Shown here: piece after piece, positions 63,301 to 64,000 of the stretch
Numbering within the stretch: the stretch's first letter is position 1
Layout: every line of letters starts with the position of its first letter
Assembly: GCA_000002445.1 (NCBI GenBank)
Contig: CP000067.1
Location: 160,001 to 224,000, forward strand
Length of the DNA: 64,000 bases
Source: Trypanosoma brucei
Taxonomy: Eukaryota
Direction of reading: 5' to 3'
The notes under the pieces: model-generated
The model's input: the letters and a program-made list of their open reading frames with translations, nothing else
Database searches by the model: none
What the model was told of the DNA's origin: nothing
Translations under genes and position numbers: made by a program

Positions 63301-64000
63301 CTCAACCATATCTAAGCGTTCCATCACACCAGGCTGCCCAACAACTTCATCAAACTCATCCCACCTACCCAACCAGAGAGCAGCTTTGGCCTTGAGTGGA
63401 GCCACCTCAAGTTGCGCATCTCTGTCCAGTAACTCCCAGTTTGTCGCGATGAGCTCCTGCATGGTGATGGTCTCACCCAGAGCATCGTAACATCGTAGAG
63501 CACCCAGGAACGCCGAAGTGTCGAGGGTACCATCTGCAACATTCATTCGAGACTTGTAGCGAGAGAGTGCTTCACCCCACCAATTTAACTGCTCCAGAGC
63601 TCCAACCTCATCGAACCCAAACTGCTCTGGAGCGATAATATTGCTGGAGAACTTCTCCGACATCTTCTTAACGAGACCCTTCGCGACCATTGTAAGCCCC
63701 AAGTGGTTGTAGAACTCGATCAGGCGCTCCGCCACCTCTAATGCGTGCCGCACTGCAGCATTCTGCCGATCAGAAACCTGACCACTCAGTTCGCTCAGAA
63801 GTTGAGCAAAGAGGATCTCATTCAAGAATATGGCTCTGGCGTACATCTTAGAATTCAAAGCCACACGTGCTAACACATCAATATCCATCAAGCAGTCGAA
63901 GGAAAGTCCTCGCTTCCCTCCATTGGGGCATTCCAATGTTAACTCAATCCGGTTAAGCCCCTTAACAGCACCAACAACCTCGTGAGTTGTAACTAATCTC
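60373..64000 (-). CDS. TOR: TOR (target of rapamycin) PIKK-family kinase, C-terminal ~1200 aa (FAT, FRB, kinase, FATC). Partial: the N-terminus lies beyond the right edge of the window.
   Basis: The reading frame is open to the window edge (no stop in 63937-63999; the track M at 63936 is a TTG). Kinase catalytic/activation loops: [94 protein letters not shown] (compare mTOR [49 protein letters not shown]...VLEAFVYDPLLNW). FRB-like: [17 protein letters not shown].... [11 protein letters not shown] aligns with mTOR RVRDKLTGRDF. The C-terminal FATC reads ...[23 protein letters not shown]. Confidence 0.9.
   Translation of the reverse strand, partial: [1208 protein letters not shown]

Noticed and set aside
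1-64000. A search for tRNA genes using the conserved T-loop (GGTTCGAATCC-like), for rRNA, and for CRISPR arrays.
   Set aside because: I found no T-loop/anticodon-arm-like sequences and no spacer-repeat periodicity. The genome is eukaryotic, so CRISPR and defence islands do not apply.

Overview
This window is eukaryotic, almost certainly a trypanosomatid (Trypanosoma) chromosome-core region. Composition and codon usage look closest to the T. brucei group, but that call is low confidence. I found about 25 protein-coding genes, and every one is on the minus strand, so the whole window appears to be a single directional polycistronic transcription unit with no strand-switch region. Gaps between genes are AT-rich and carry poly-T/poly-A runs, (TA)n, (CA)n and (TAA)n microsatellites, and sense-strand polypyrimidine tracts upstream of genes, as expected for spliced-leader trans-splicing. 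Confidently recognised products are: a dynein heavy chain (N-terminal half, truncated at the left edge), EMC1, a PX-domain sorting nexin (Vps5-like), a GRIP-domain golgin, a DnaJ membrane protein, Rab geranylgeranyltransferase beta, the Ufm1 protease UfSP2, NHP2 (L7Ae family), an AP-complex gamma-type adaptin, a HECT E3 ligase, and the C-terminal ~1200 aa of a TOR kinase (truncated at the right edge). Further calls are an RPA70-like OB-fold/zinc-ribbon protein, an ABHD11-like alpha/beta hydrolase that lacks the nucleophile Ser, a GAF-like protein, and several hypothetical proteins including a 2503-aa giant. Not listed in the ORF track as a gene, I propose a small 85-aa two-TM ORF (DPM2/PIG-P-like) with a canonical polyY/AG trans-splice context. 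I also found a degenerate telomere-like (TTAGGN)7 array plus isolated TTAGGG hexamers in a 3.2-kb ORF-free tract. The supplied ORF track uses alternative start codons (TTG/GTG) and renders them as M; I re-anchored gene starts to the first in-frame ATG. I found no tRNA, rRNA, CRISPR or intact mobile element, and no prokaryote-style defence system. All functional calls come from my own reading of the translated sequence and remembered family motifs, not from database searches.
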